A DNA stretch of 64,000 nt from Botryllus schlosseri (Eukaryota): contig CM119372.1 in NCBI GenBank assembly GCA_051294905.1, positions 19,408,001 through 19,472,000 of the forward strand. Reading direction: 5' to 3'. Position 1 is the first letter of the stretch; each line of letters begins with the position of its first letter. The notes beneath the pieces were generated by a model. It ran no database searches, had not been told where the DNA came from, and saw nothing but the letters and a program-made list of their open reading frames with translations. Below, piece by piece: positions 51,613 through 63,252 of this stretch. The position numbers were made by a program, and so were the translations under genes.

Positions 51613-54223
51613 GAGTTGGAGCTCTTTCAATGGTAAGAAAGGCATAATGAACTGCACATACAATGATAACGGTGATCGCCTGATCAACTTCTGCAGAGAG
51701 AAGGGCCTATGCGTCTCTAGCACGTTCTATATACATCAAGAACGGCAGAAAACAACATGGACTAGCCCCGATGGCAAAACGCGAAATAAATTGGACTACA
51801 TTCTTTGTGAATCTTGGCTGAGGCAATATATGGCCGACTGCTGTACAAAAAGATATATTCAAATAAATTCAGATCATACAAATCTAGTGGCAAAAATGAA
51901 AACACCATTTACCAGACAAGAACGTTTCAGACCACGGAAATTTAATAAAGCAATAGAGATCGGGGCCCCGGACCTCGGCTATCTGAACAATACCGACTAC
52001 AAAAACAGGCTAATCGAAGATGTAGAACAATCTCTTTCAACTGACTGCCAGGGAAAGGATGTGGACAGACTATACGAAAACCTAGCACTACCGATGCAAA
52101 TGTCCACGGAGAACATACTCCCGAAATATAAAAAGGAAAAATTTGGAAACTTATGGGAAAGTGATCAATCACTGAAGGATTTGCTACAGAAACTGAAAGA
52201 CGAGGGACGGAACAATCCGGACTCTCAAAGGGCCATAACACTCCTCAGAAAGAAGATTAGAAAAAGGAAAAACTTTTTGATGAACAGGCACTCGAAAACT
52301 GAAGCTGAAAAAATAAATCTAAATGCGATAAACAGGGAAACGGCAACTCTGTTCAAAAACGCAAAGACACACGGTTGTACTCTGGGTAAAGGCAATACCG
52401 CAATTTCCTGCCAGGCGAGTAAACTGGCTGAATTCTTCAAAAACCATTTTGACGCACAAGGAAATGAGAAATCGGTTGGGATGCCAAATGACCTGGAAAA
52501 CATTCCAGATGCTGTAAAGTTGATGCAAGAAAATAGCTCCACCATCGATGAAGACCCACCAACACTCGAGGAAATTAAACGAGCTATTGAAAAGCTGAAG
52601 CGTAAGAAATCCAGTTCAGACGTACCACCGGAGATTTTGAGAGCAATGGCGTCATCCAAATTGATCATGGACAAAATTACAGAATTGTTCCAAACAATAT
52701 GGAAGATTGAAAAATTACCCCAATCATTCGGCCACAGAAAGCTAACTGCAATATGGAAGAACAAAGGAAGCAGAACCGATCCATCGACATATCGCGCTAT
52801 TCAAGTTGGAAGCGTATTCTGCAAACTGTTAATACAAATAATCATATCAAGAATAGAAGAATGGTACAACCAGCAAATTCTCGAATTCCAATGTGGTTTT
52901 AGAAAAGGGAAGGGAACCACCGACTGCATATATGTCACGAAGCAGTCTCAAATCATTGCTGAAAAAACTGATAAACAAACATATGCCTTGTTTGTCGATC
53001 TCTCCTCTGCGTTCGACCACGTCAACAGAACCTGGCTAATTCAGTCGCTACGAAATCGAATCGATGAGGAAAAGGGAACAAAAATCACCAACTTACTTGC
53101 CGCTCTATATCGATGTACAACAACCGAACTGAAAAGCCACCCTAACCTAACTTTTCCCACAAAATTTGGAGTTCGACAGGGCGGACCCGAATCCCCTATC
53201 CTCTTCAATCTTTATATGGACTATGCCGTGAGAGTCATCCTACACAGGTCGAAACTAGCCGATATCGCTTTCAGCCAGTATCATTTTCGCACACCGGACT
53301 ATGCACGAGAAAATAAAAGGAACAAGAACTACCAAGGAACCGCTATCAACATGGGCTCAGGCTATGCGGACGATCGGGAATTCTTTTTTAAGGACCAAAC
53401 TTCTCTTCAGGAAGGTCTAAAACTACTATCAGGAGTTCTTACTGAGTTTGGATTACAAATTAATGAGTCGAAAACAAAAACTATGATATTTAACCACAAT
53501 GAAAAACTGACTTACCCGACTTCAATCTGCTCTCTACATAATCATGATATTGAAAACGTGAAAACTTTCAAATACCTTGGTTGCATGATTCACTATAACG
53601 AAACGAATGTGCAGGGGATATCCGAAATCAACAATAGGGTCAGCTCGGCTCATGCAGCTTTTCAAACCTATAAATACCTGCTTCGAAACTTCAGAATTTG
53701 GATTGGTACAAGAATAAAATTCTTGAATGCCTTTGTGCGAAGTCGACTCACATATGGCTGCAGTGTATGGTCTCTTGCGGAAAATCAAAGAAGCGTCCTG
53801 GATGTCTGCTACAGACAATTTTTGCGAAAAATGGTACACGGAGGCTACACTCGAAGGGGAACCGATCACGTATTCAAAATTAGCGATCAGAATCTTCATA
53901 GAATCTGTCCCACTGAAGACCTTTCAGTATTCATTGATCACCAACAAGCTAAATTTCTTGCACACATAATTCGAAAACCTAATGACAGTGTCGTGAAGTC
54001 AATAACGTTTGAAGATGAAGGAGAACGAAAAAAGGAAGACCTTCCGCAACGCTGATGAGCAATGTCCTCAATCGAAACGACACCGACATCAGGACATTCT
54101 CAAAAGCAGCACTTTCCAGGGAAATTTAATTTATAACTTAAATCTTTGATGCTCTCTTTTTTGATGGATAGCCTACTTCCATCACCTCGGTGATGGTGCT
54201 CTAAGTATGAACGCAGACAGAGC
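51613..54223 (+). mobile_element. RTE-like LINE insertion (5'-truncated) inside a hAT non-autonomous element
   Basis: The flanks 49913-51612 and 54225-54970 join up as one continuous element when compared with the copy at 13840-16515 (reverse complement). The 3' UTR has hairpin ccatcacc-tc-ggtgatgg at 54179-54196. Boundaries are approximate. Confidence 0.8.
51647..54055 (+). CDS. Non-LTR retrotransposon ORF2 (C-terminal APE endonuclease + reverse transcriptase), RTE-like, 5'-truncated
   Basis: 802-aa ORF with endonuclease end motifs (TWTSPDG..NKLDYIL..SDH) and RT motifs QCGFRKG, FVDLSSAFD, GVRQGG.ESP.LF, YADD, FKYLG. The natural C-terminus (KKGRPSATL...SREI*) continues in another frame to about 54129. 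Confidence 0.93.
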   Translation: MNCTYNDNGDRLINFCREKGLCVSSTFYIHQERQKTTWTSPDGKTRNKLDYILCESWLRQYMADCCTKRYIQINSDHTNLVAKMKTPFTRQERFRPRKFNKAIEIGAPDLGYLNNTDYKNRLIEDVEQSLSTDCQGKDVDRLYENLALPMQMSTENILPKYKKEKFGNLWESDQSLKDLLQKLKDEGRNNPDSQRAITLLRKKIRKRKNFLMNRHSKTEAEKINLNAINRETATLFKNAKTHGCTLGKGNTAISCQASKLAEFFKNHFDAQGNEKSVGMPNDLENIPDAVKLMQENSSTIDEDPPTLEEIKRAIEKLKRKKSSSDVPPEILRAMASSKLIMDKITELFQTIWKIEKLPQSFGHRKLTAIWKNKGSRTDPSTYRAIQVGSVFCKLLIQIIISRIEEWYNQQILEFQCGFRKGKGTTDCIYVTKQSQIIAEKTDKQTYALFVDLSSAFDHVNRTWLIQSLRNRIDEEKGTKITNLLAALYRCTTTELKSHPNLTFPTKFGVRQGGPESPILFNLYMDYAVRVILHRSKLADIAFSQYHFRTPDYARENKRNKNYQGTAINMGSGYADDREFFFKDQTSLQEGLKLLSGVLTEFGLQINESKTKTMIFNHNEKLTYPTSICSLHNHDIENVKTFKYLGCMIHYNETNVQGISEINNRVSSAHAAFQTYKYLLRNFRIWIGTRIKFLNAFVRSRLTYGCSVWSLAENQRSVLDVCYRQFLRKMVHGGYTRRGTDHVFKISDQNLHRICPTEDLSVFIDHQQAKFLAHIIRKPNDSVVKSITFEDEGERKKEDLPQR

Positions 54224-54971
54224 TAGACCTAAAGGCCATTTAGATGTTTTAGTGAACGCTATTAGCTATTGGGGTCGCTTGTCTTTATTCTGGGGTTCGC
54301 GAAGATGTTGAACGTAATCGGCTTCCAAAATAGGCCGTGAGTAAGTCTGGGCAAAGGTGCTGACCGTTTTCCAGTAATCAGCTTATCAAATTCCGAGCTG
54401 GCGGACCATAAAACATTTTCAAATTAGGGATGGAGTCGCGACCATGACAGGTTGAAAACCATCGGATGTGCTACCTGCTGGTGCGGATCTGCATTTATGC
54501 TCATAAATAGTCTTATCCGTGTGACATGACATGACTTTATGATGCATAATTCCGTTCCCTATATTTTCAAAATCATCATCCTGCACCAGCTCTACCGCTA
54601 AATATGATCATGTGGCGGAGAAAGGATCAAAATCTCATAGTATAGTACATGGAAGAAGCAATATTATAGACTGATTTAATTTTCAAAATTTAACGACCAG
54701 ATGTATATAGTAAGGCCCCAGAAGCTGCATCGATTACCCTATGGTAGGCTCAAGATCAGGCGGGTGCGGGGCTGAAAAAATGTTCTTTCGATCCTGGTTG
54801 TGGTTACAACACACAACCACATAAATGTACCGAACTAACATTATAGCAGCTCCTGATCCGAATCGTGACCACCTATGGACGATAGGCAAAGCAATGCTAG
54901 TGTGATGTCATATTGACATACAATGTGTTATACCTCATTTTAAAATCCGCTAGTGGGCGCTTAAGAGTGTC

Positions 54972-57480
54972 ATTATTATTGTTATTATTATTATCATTAT
55001 TTGAATAGTGGCGCTTATAACCGATTAGGTCTTTTGCACCACGTACGAGATGATTAGCGAAAACAATATTTCACAGATATTTCGCACACGACAGAACAAA
55101 TTCCACCACCAGGGTTACCAGTTGAGGAGACGTGAGAACATTCTCAAGTGAAAATACGATGCCGTAGTAGTTGCACGATTCAACTAGAAATCGACGGTGA
55201 AAATCAAATCGAGAACAATATAATATAAAATGCGATACTGTTTCTGGAGTGCCGCATGTGCCACAATTGGGGGTATCCGCGCAGTTGATACGGTATAAAT
55301 GCGAGTTCAGGAGACAATGACCCGTCCTCAGACGGAATAATACACGGTCGTATCAGACTTGGACAACTAGATAATTCTAGTTGTCTAATTTCACTAAATT
55401 AGAGCGAAATGCCAGTAATCTAATTCTAATCTAATTTGTGAAATGTTTCCATTCTCTAATTCTAATTCTAATCTAGTTTCCGAAATGTTCTTATGCTCTA
55501 ATTCTAATTCTAATCTAATTTGTGAAATTTCCTTATGCTCTAATTTTAATTCTAATCTAATTCATTGTTTTCCTGAAAATTCCTCTTTGTCCGAGTCATA
55601 TTGCAGTGACTTAACAAGAATACTCTCGCGCAGGGAAGTCCAGCCGCCATCGCCTTACATACACCGAGCAGTCATAGTAGTTATTATGGCGACTAATAGC
55701 CTTGTAGAGTAGCTTGTAGTCTGCGAACAACATTCTAGTTTTTAAACTTTACGTTAGTACAACGCCGTTCTGACTAACGTGGGCAATTACCACAAAAGAA
55801 GTAATATTTTATTAAATTAGTACAAATACAACAAGAAATATCATGATCATAAACGTCATTTTATTTTGTACGATTGTGAGCTGCGTACGATACCCGACAT
55901 CGACAACGCTTTCCAACGACTAGTGAATCGATATTGGGGCTAGCCAGACATGTCACTATATCTGAAAGACTATCTCATCCTAAAGATTGATCTTGTGGGG
56001 ACGTCCTATACATCGTTATCTAAGCGTCTCTGTCTTAGCGATGTCTGGACCATTGCATGTGAAGGCAATATGCTTATTGGTATCACTTGTCTCTCCATGG
56101 AATGCTGTTGCCATCGCCGAAGCCGTTTCAGATAGTGTCGAATAGTGTTGTTGGGCACAGGCGAATTGCTTATTTTGAAACAACAACAATAATAATGATT
56201 TGAAACTGAAATCAATTTTAGCCATATGCTTTATTCCGCGTATTTCTAAAATCTCAAATCAGATCGACGGCCGCGATTGCGGTGACCCCTGGTATAGTAG
56301 AAAACGAGTCAAGCTTGGTGTACAGAAGTTACCCATTCTCATGGTTATTGGAATGCACTGTTGTTTTTGTTGTTGTTGTTGTTTATTAAACAAAAATATG
56401 TAGCGCTTATCGCCTGACGGCCTTTTGTACCACGCACTGTGATTTGACGTGAACTGATTTTGCTGTATTCATTTCCCATTCACAATTTCATTCAATTTCC
56501 AAGTTTTTGCGAAAGTCAGTAGCTCTAATTCTAATTCTAATCTAATTTGGAAAATGCTTTGTAGCTCTAATTCTAATTCTAATCTAATTTAGAAAATGCT
56601 GTGTGGATCTAATTCTAATTCTAATCTAATTTGGAAAAACTGTGTAGCTCTAATTCTAATTCTAATCTAATTTGGAAAAATCTGTGGAGCTCTAATTCTA
56701 ATTCTAATCTAATTCAAAAAAGCTGAAAATTTTCTAGTTGTCCAAGTCTGGGTCGTATAGGCCTACTCGAATGGATGCTTGAGGCGGTAATACGAAAATT
56801 GATTCCACAAACTGTTTATAGTGGGAACTTCTAGTATCGGATTGATACTCAATGTTCAACGTGCTTTCGCAGTGATAGCGGACGAGTGCTTTAACGTCTT
56901 TTTGAGGAACAGGGTAACGCGCAGTTGTTATTTTCTGTATCGCTTGCTTTGCTTGCTTGTCGGGATGTCGGCGTATTCGTTTCCCAGGTATCCCCGCGTG
57001 TCCTGCTATCCATACAAATTTGACGCTGGCACCTATTTCCGTAATGCGCACGTGTAGCGAGAAAATTTCTGCAAGGAATCCATCGATTGGTCTAAGGGCA
57101 AGAACTTATTAATTTTAGAGCACTCAGGCAATCAGAAAGAATCACGTATTTCGACGGTGCGTTCTGTTCTAATATCCAACGCAACGCAATAGATATGGCC
57201 AAAAGCTCGATAGTGAAAATAGACAGGTCACTAGGGCATCGTTCTGATAAAATGGTTTTATGGGATGGAATCCACACTGCTAGCCCACAGCCACCACGCG
57301 ATTTTGAACCATCAGTGTACACGGGAATTAAATCTGCACAGCTTTCCAAAACATAGTCTAGGCAAACATGCATCGAATTCGGTTTCGTGTGTCTATCAAT
57401 TTCAGTGGAGAGATGCCACTCTACGTGCAGCCGATGAATGATCCACGGAGGACTATCGAGTACCTCACGCGTATCCAACG
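54972..57480 (-). mobile_element. I-group (RNase H-containing) LINE 3' fragment, decayed, split by a MITE
   Basis: RNase H motifs VYTDGSK, SIFTIEL, ILSDCLS, WIAGHAGIPG (56751-57478; stop and frameshift). After removing the MITE at 55354-56750 the frame continues YDRVLFRLRTGH...CGTCGTPETVSHFILYC (CCHC knuckle, 55071-55353), then a short 3' UTR and a (TAA)n-like tail at 54972-55001. Confidence 0.85.
55354..56750. mobile_element. hAT non-autonomous element, TCTAAT-motif family
   Basis: TIR cagacttggacaactag/ctagttgtccaagtctg, perfect 8-bp TSD ggtcgtat, arrays of (tctaat)n near both ends. Confidence 0.9.
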
Positions 57481-58456
57481 AGATTTCTCTGAAAAATGAT
57501 TTAAAAACCGTGTTGAATATTTAATTTATATTTTATTGCAGTTTTTGCGAGGGTGGTAATTCCCATATTAAAATCAATAAATGTGATAGTATATCGCGCG
57601 CAGCGTGAAGAAAAATATCATGTCGCATAAATATTCCCAAAATAATGGTTTTATGTTGATTTACGAAAAAAATTATGAGCCTACGTCAAAGCCTCCAAAA
57701 TTCCGGACATTTGGGCATATTTTAGAAATTCCTCCCGGACGCTAGTTCAAACAGTGAAATTCCGGACATGTCCGGAAAATTCCGGACGTATGGCAACCCT
57801 AGTTTAGGGGGAAAATACAGTAATCTGGGGTCGTTTAGGCAGTGCTTCGCAATCGGTGAGTCGTGAAATATTTCTAAATGCTCCAGTTTCCTATTCATTA
57901 TGTCAAGTACCCTATCGCCAAAGGCGCTGCGTAAGTTGATCCGTGGGAAAAGCAGCAATCCAGTCCGATTTCGTGTTATAATGAGCAAATTGCCGCGACG
58001 CGAGCTATACTCAGAACTCCATCGTGTTCAACGTAAAAGATATGCGCTATGTAATCATCTGCTACGTGTATCAATTCTTGTCTGCTTCATACAATCATAC
58101 ACCCGCACGCGCAACTTATAAGCATCCAGTTCGACTAGTTATTCGTTACTCAACTCATACGAAGCATTGTTCGGGGCTAGACCGCGTTGTGATTCACAGC
58201 TGCAACATGAACGAGGTAAACGGTGTATTACAAAAAGCCTAGAAGTGGGCCGTGCTCCAAGTCGGCAGTTGCGGAATAGAAAATGAAGAATATCGGCCTG
58301 GTGTAAATGACCATAGTAGTCGACAAGCACCATGAATACCACAAAACAAACAAACAAACAAACCAATACAGGTTGCGGGTTCGAGTCTGACAGAGGTCGA
58401 CACTATAATCCCATCCCAAGTGTTGGAGCCTTGGAGGTATATCTATACATAATCTC

Positions 58457-59925
58457 AAGGGATGGTGTGAACCTCTGAAAGGTTCAGGTTCGTGTGAACG
58501 CGAACCTTTATGAAAGGTTCTGTGTGAACGCGAACGTGAACCTCATGTCGTCACGCGACGTCATATTGCTAATTCCAACCCTATCTTTCAATGAAGTGAT
58601 AGCCTATATCAGAGGTCTCAAACTCAAATGTGCTCGCGGGCCAGTTTTCCAGTTCTGACGACGCCGCGGGCCGCAGCATTTATAGGGTTATTCTATGTCT
58701 TTCCAAGTAGGCCTTATTTTGCGGGAATGAATTGTTCTATTGAAAGTGAGCCGATCCAACATACTGACAGTGAACACACATCGTCAAAATGTGATATACT
58801 CTTGTATCAATTTAGGCCTGGCACGAATAGAATCACCACATTTATAACTATTTGAATAGAATTGTTGTTGTACTTGATATATATTAATTATAAGATATAG
58901 ACACCATATGTCGGACAAATGCATGATACCCGCAGAAAAGCTATCGGGTTATTATTTTTAAGCTACTGTGAATATTTTAAATTTAACAGATTGATAATAG
59001 AGACTGATCTGATATCAAAACATGTTTAAGTTCAGCATTTTAATTCCAATCCATGATTCGGGTATACTTCTGATGAGTAGGCTATTAATCTCATGGCCAT
59101 ATATCTTCAAATATACGAGCAGAAAAAAAATATAAATATAATATAAATATATTAATGAATGTGTCCTAGTGATTAAAATGTCGGAACGCCGAACGGCCCA
59201 TTGCTGTTACATCGTTGGAGCGTCCCACTACGGTACTCGATACCTTTAAGTGGCCTTAATAACATGCTTTAGCGACCAAAGATGTCACGAATACATTGCC
59301 TATGGTTGCCATAACATTGGTAACAACTAGCTCAGTTAACGAAATACCAAGCTGCAACCTTCTGATCTATTACTCCCATGATACGCGATTAGTTTGTTGC
59401 GTCCATGGTTCTAACAAATTCTAGGCATTCCGAGTCACTCCCAAGTCCACTCGAGTCATTTCCATTTTGCCATCGAGTTAGCCCGAGTCTGAGTAATTTA
59501 GGAACGGTCGCGTCTAAGTCCAACTCACAAATTTCAGTCATGAATCGTCTAAAGGTCACGATTTGTCATCATGAATTGGAAATGTGGCGAAATAGTGAAC
59601 GTTCCATTGCATGGTAGCGTTTGCAATTGATGTGATAGTGAAGTTTGATGAATAGTTTGAGGCTTTCGGAGCAATTTAAGAGGGCATTTTCACATTATAA
59701 CCTGAAAAGATATATGTGACACTTATATATTGTCAAATTAATAAAAATCTAAAATGTCGTCGCGGGCCGCATGTAGTGTAGGCTATTTCACTCGTGATAT
59801 TGTGTGATTGCGGGTCAAGCTCACAGCAGAGAGTCACTAAATATTCACAAACGAAAAGCTGGATATTTCGAGCATACTTTTGTAACAAAGCAAGTAAAAT
59901 TTTGAGATTGTCATGGTGCATGCCA
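58457..59925. mobile_element. Fragmented GTGAAC-family element with nested insertions
   Basis: 58457-58609 matches one end and 59790-59925 the interior of 47023-48013; a cagaggtctcaaactc element begins at 58610. Confidence 0.6.
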
Positions 59926-60991
59926 CACTTGTACAAACTAAACATGTAGTTAGTTGATGGTCAACTAACTAACGATTTTTTGAGTAGTTCCAGTTCTGTA
60001 GTTGCGGATTTCAAAAATTGAGTAGTTCTAGTTCTAGTTACAGATTTTGAAAATTCGGTAGTTCTAGTTATAGTGGCCGAACAACTACAAAACACGAGTC
60101 GTGGTTTTGGGCGAATTGAGATGCCGGTGTTCTGTTGAATGATGTTTGTTCAGCCATTACTCGCTAAGAGCCATCACTGCTAACAATGGCGTGTAGCCAG
60201 CGGGTGACTTTTGGGCTCAGAATCTCTCCCAATTCAAACTCTAAACTCCGTTATTTTGAAAGTTCGATTCAATGTCTGACATTTCCGATAAAATAAAAAT
60301 TAATGTGCTTACTATAGGAGAATGAACTCCAGTTAGTTCCGTACGGTTCTAAACCTTTGTTGACTTGGGAACCCCTATACGTCACAGATGGGCAACTGTT
60401 TTCTGAAAATGACATGCAGGAAATACTGGACTAGCTAAGTCAAAAGTTTGCACTATATTCGGCGGTGTATGTATTTTAATAATTTATATATTGAAAGTAA
60501 TGAATTACGTGGTTAACCCAAATTTCTGGGTGGATGTGTTACTAGTAGGCAATTATAAGAATTTAGAGTCAAAGTACAAATATAATATTTATCCCACGTA
60601 TTTATTCAAAACAATGGAAACAAGAAATATTGTTAACTCTTTTTAATCACACCAACCCATAAGCACGTCCTTCTAAAAGACACCAGAATGTATGGGATGA
60701 TACAGCTTGGTCACAATCTCGAGCGGTGTGTAGCTTATTGGTGAAATCGCCCTGTTTCTATGGTAATTTCTCTGGCAGGTTTTCCGAATTCGTCTTCTCG
60801 CAGCTTCAGCCGAATGAATGCGTGCTTATGACATAATCCCGACTTAAATTAAGCCGTGTTATATCGACTTTATAAGGAATATAGAATACGTCAGGGTTCG
60901 GCTACCCCTGGCACGCAAGATGATTTTTCATGGTACGAACCCATCATTTTCAGTGAGTCACAAAACAAATGTCTACCACATGTGTGCATAC

Positions 60992-63053
60992 CAGGGCTGT
61001 GGAATCGGTAAATTTTACCACCGACTCCGACTCCGGCTCCGACTCCGATTCCGATTCCACACATTTTCAATATACCGACTCCAGCTCCGACTCCGACTCC
61101 TGAATCTTTAAACGTACCGACTCCTACTCCGACTCCCTACTCCGACTCCAACGGTATCACCAATTTACTTCGAAAATTATATGCCATGGTGACGGTTAAA
61201 TGACTATCATATAACCATTAAACATTTGCAAATATATGATTAACGGTGGTATGCAAAGTTGCTTCATTGTGGCACAGCTGGAATTATTCAATATGCAATT
61301 AACATGAAAGAATGCCTTTCTAAAGATCCTTCCTTTTTTCATATTTTAAAGTTATTTATAACATGGTCTCTCTAATATCCTGATATGTATGAATCATTCA
61401 AACATGACATATATCCAATCCTGTATAATTAAAATGTAGTTGAAAAATCGAAGTGTAGCTATTGTATATGAGTCACCAACTTACACAGAGATTTACCTTA
61501 CTAATTTTCTTATTACACACTATACTGATTACAAAAACACACACTCTTACTACTAATAGACATTGGTCATTATTGAAATTTGGGAAGTAGTCAAATAGCA
61601 TTGCCTATGTCTAGTCTACATGTACTTAGTCAAGTATTCATGGACTAGGACTTGCAGTCTGTCTTTTAATCATTGTTCGACCCAGGCAGCTGAGCTACAC
61701 TACAAATATTTTCAATTTTGTCAAGTGGGAAGCATCGTTTGGCTATAGTTACATCGATGTTACAAAACCAGACGATGCATTTGCTCTGTCGCAGGATAAT
61801 GGTATAATTCCAAAAATCGCATCAATTTGTGAATGCATCGCGAAGATGTATATTGCGATTTTATTCCTCTATGCAACTGAATTGAAATTTGCAAATAATG
61901 TCCAATTTTATGATTATCAGGGATGGCCAACCTTTTCGGCCAAAGGGACACATGAGATCTACGAACCATTGCGCGGGCAACTGGAATGTTGGTAACCTTT
62001 TTATTATTCGCCCGATAGGAGCGAACCAAATTAGGTATCATTGCAAACAAGACCTATATTACTACGGTTTAAAGTTGGTAACAATTATGTCATGCAACGG
62101 TGCGGTGTGCAGTCATGACCTGGTCGCGCGAAGCGCGAAATTTTTTCAATAGTTATGAATGAATTCTATCAATAAATGTGTTACTTACATATATTGGGGG
62201 TCGCATCTGTACACCACTGGGCTCATTTGGCAAGGACAGGATTATTCGGTATTTAGACATAGCAATATCGACGGTTTCGGTGAATATGCCTATATCATTT
62301 TGTGCAAATGTTGCATCGCCGACGATCTCGCTGCGAGCGCACAAGCGAAGACGCATGTTGGACGACACGTTATCTCGTAATTGCGAATATAGTTAGTCTC
62401 AATTCTGTAAATAACGCGTATTCATAATTTTCAAGGGGGCTTCAATATTGAATGCAAGAAATCTAGTGACAATAAATCACGCGAAGTGCTGAGAAAAAAT
62501 TCAAGTCAAATAAATCTGCTACGAAATATTCTACTTAATGGTCATATAAGAAAATCTGCGATCAATGTGGCTGGCCCCTGGTTACGCCAATGCGTTAGAA
62601 CTGATGTTTTTGTCATCATCAAATTTCGCGGTCAGGCTAATCAAATTTTGGTTGGCTTTGCAATTTTACCTGATGTTATAAATCATTTCGAGAATTACCT
62701 CGCAGGACACACAAAACCTTCTCGTGGGTCACATTTGGTCTGCGGGACATGGGTTGGCCGCACCTGATCTGTATCGTTGTTAAAAACAGTGATTGATGGT
62801 ACATAAAAATCCTATTGAAAATCTTTTGAAAGCAATTGTTTTCATGATAAAGAAGCTGGCGTTGGAGTCGGAGACGAAGTCGGAGTCAAGGTCATTTTGA
62901 CAAACTCCGACTCCGACTCCAGTCAGACTCAGTATATTTTCCATGACTCCGACTCCGACTCCAGCCATTATGGTTTTCACGACTCCGACTCCATCAAGCG
63001 AAAATTAGTCAGACTCCGACTCCGACTCCACCGACTCCGACTCCACAGCCCTG
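60992..63053. mobile_element. hAT non-autonomous element, TCCGAC-motif family (complete copy)
   Basis: TIR cagggctgtgga/tccacagccctg, perfect TSD gtgcatac, (tccgac)n arrays. Carries an insert at 61918-62766 (cagggatggccaacc...ggttggccgcacctg) absent from the other copy. Confidence 0.9.
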
Positions 63054-63252
63054 GTGCATACCATATGCGTCGTAATCTGTAGGACTACCAGTAAAGCTAC
63101 TCAGGCAGACTTGTACAAACTATACCCATTTAGTCTATAGTTATAGTTATAGTTATAGTTATAGTTGCTGATTTTGAAAATTGAGTAGTTGTAGTTCTAT
63201 TTGTAGTTGTGGATTGCAGTTGTGGCCAATATCTTCAAAATATCATTGATAG

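Noticed and set aside
51942..53969. Antisense and alternative-frame ORFs over the LINE
   Set aside because: Shadow ORFs of the reverse transcriptase coding sequence.
55418..56712. Regular ctctaattctaattctaatctaattt units with short variable spacers, superficially CRISPR-like
   Set aside because: Spacers are short and similar to each other, the arrays lie inside a TIR/TSD-bounded MITE, and there are no cas genes; eukaryotic context.
49913..57801. Single 8-kb element with matching TIRs
   Set aside because: The flanking octamers differ and both ends match the same end of the reference copy; two separate copies.
57722..57988. DSPIAKHCLND motif as a second Penelope endonuclease relic
   Set aside because: Only one short motif, and the ORF runs into a MITE end; insufficient support.
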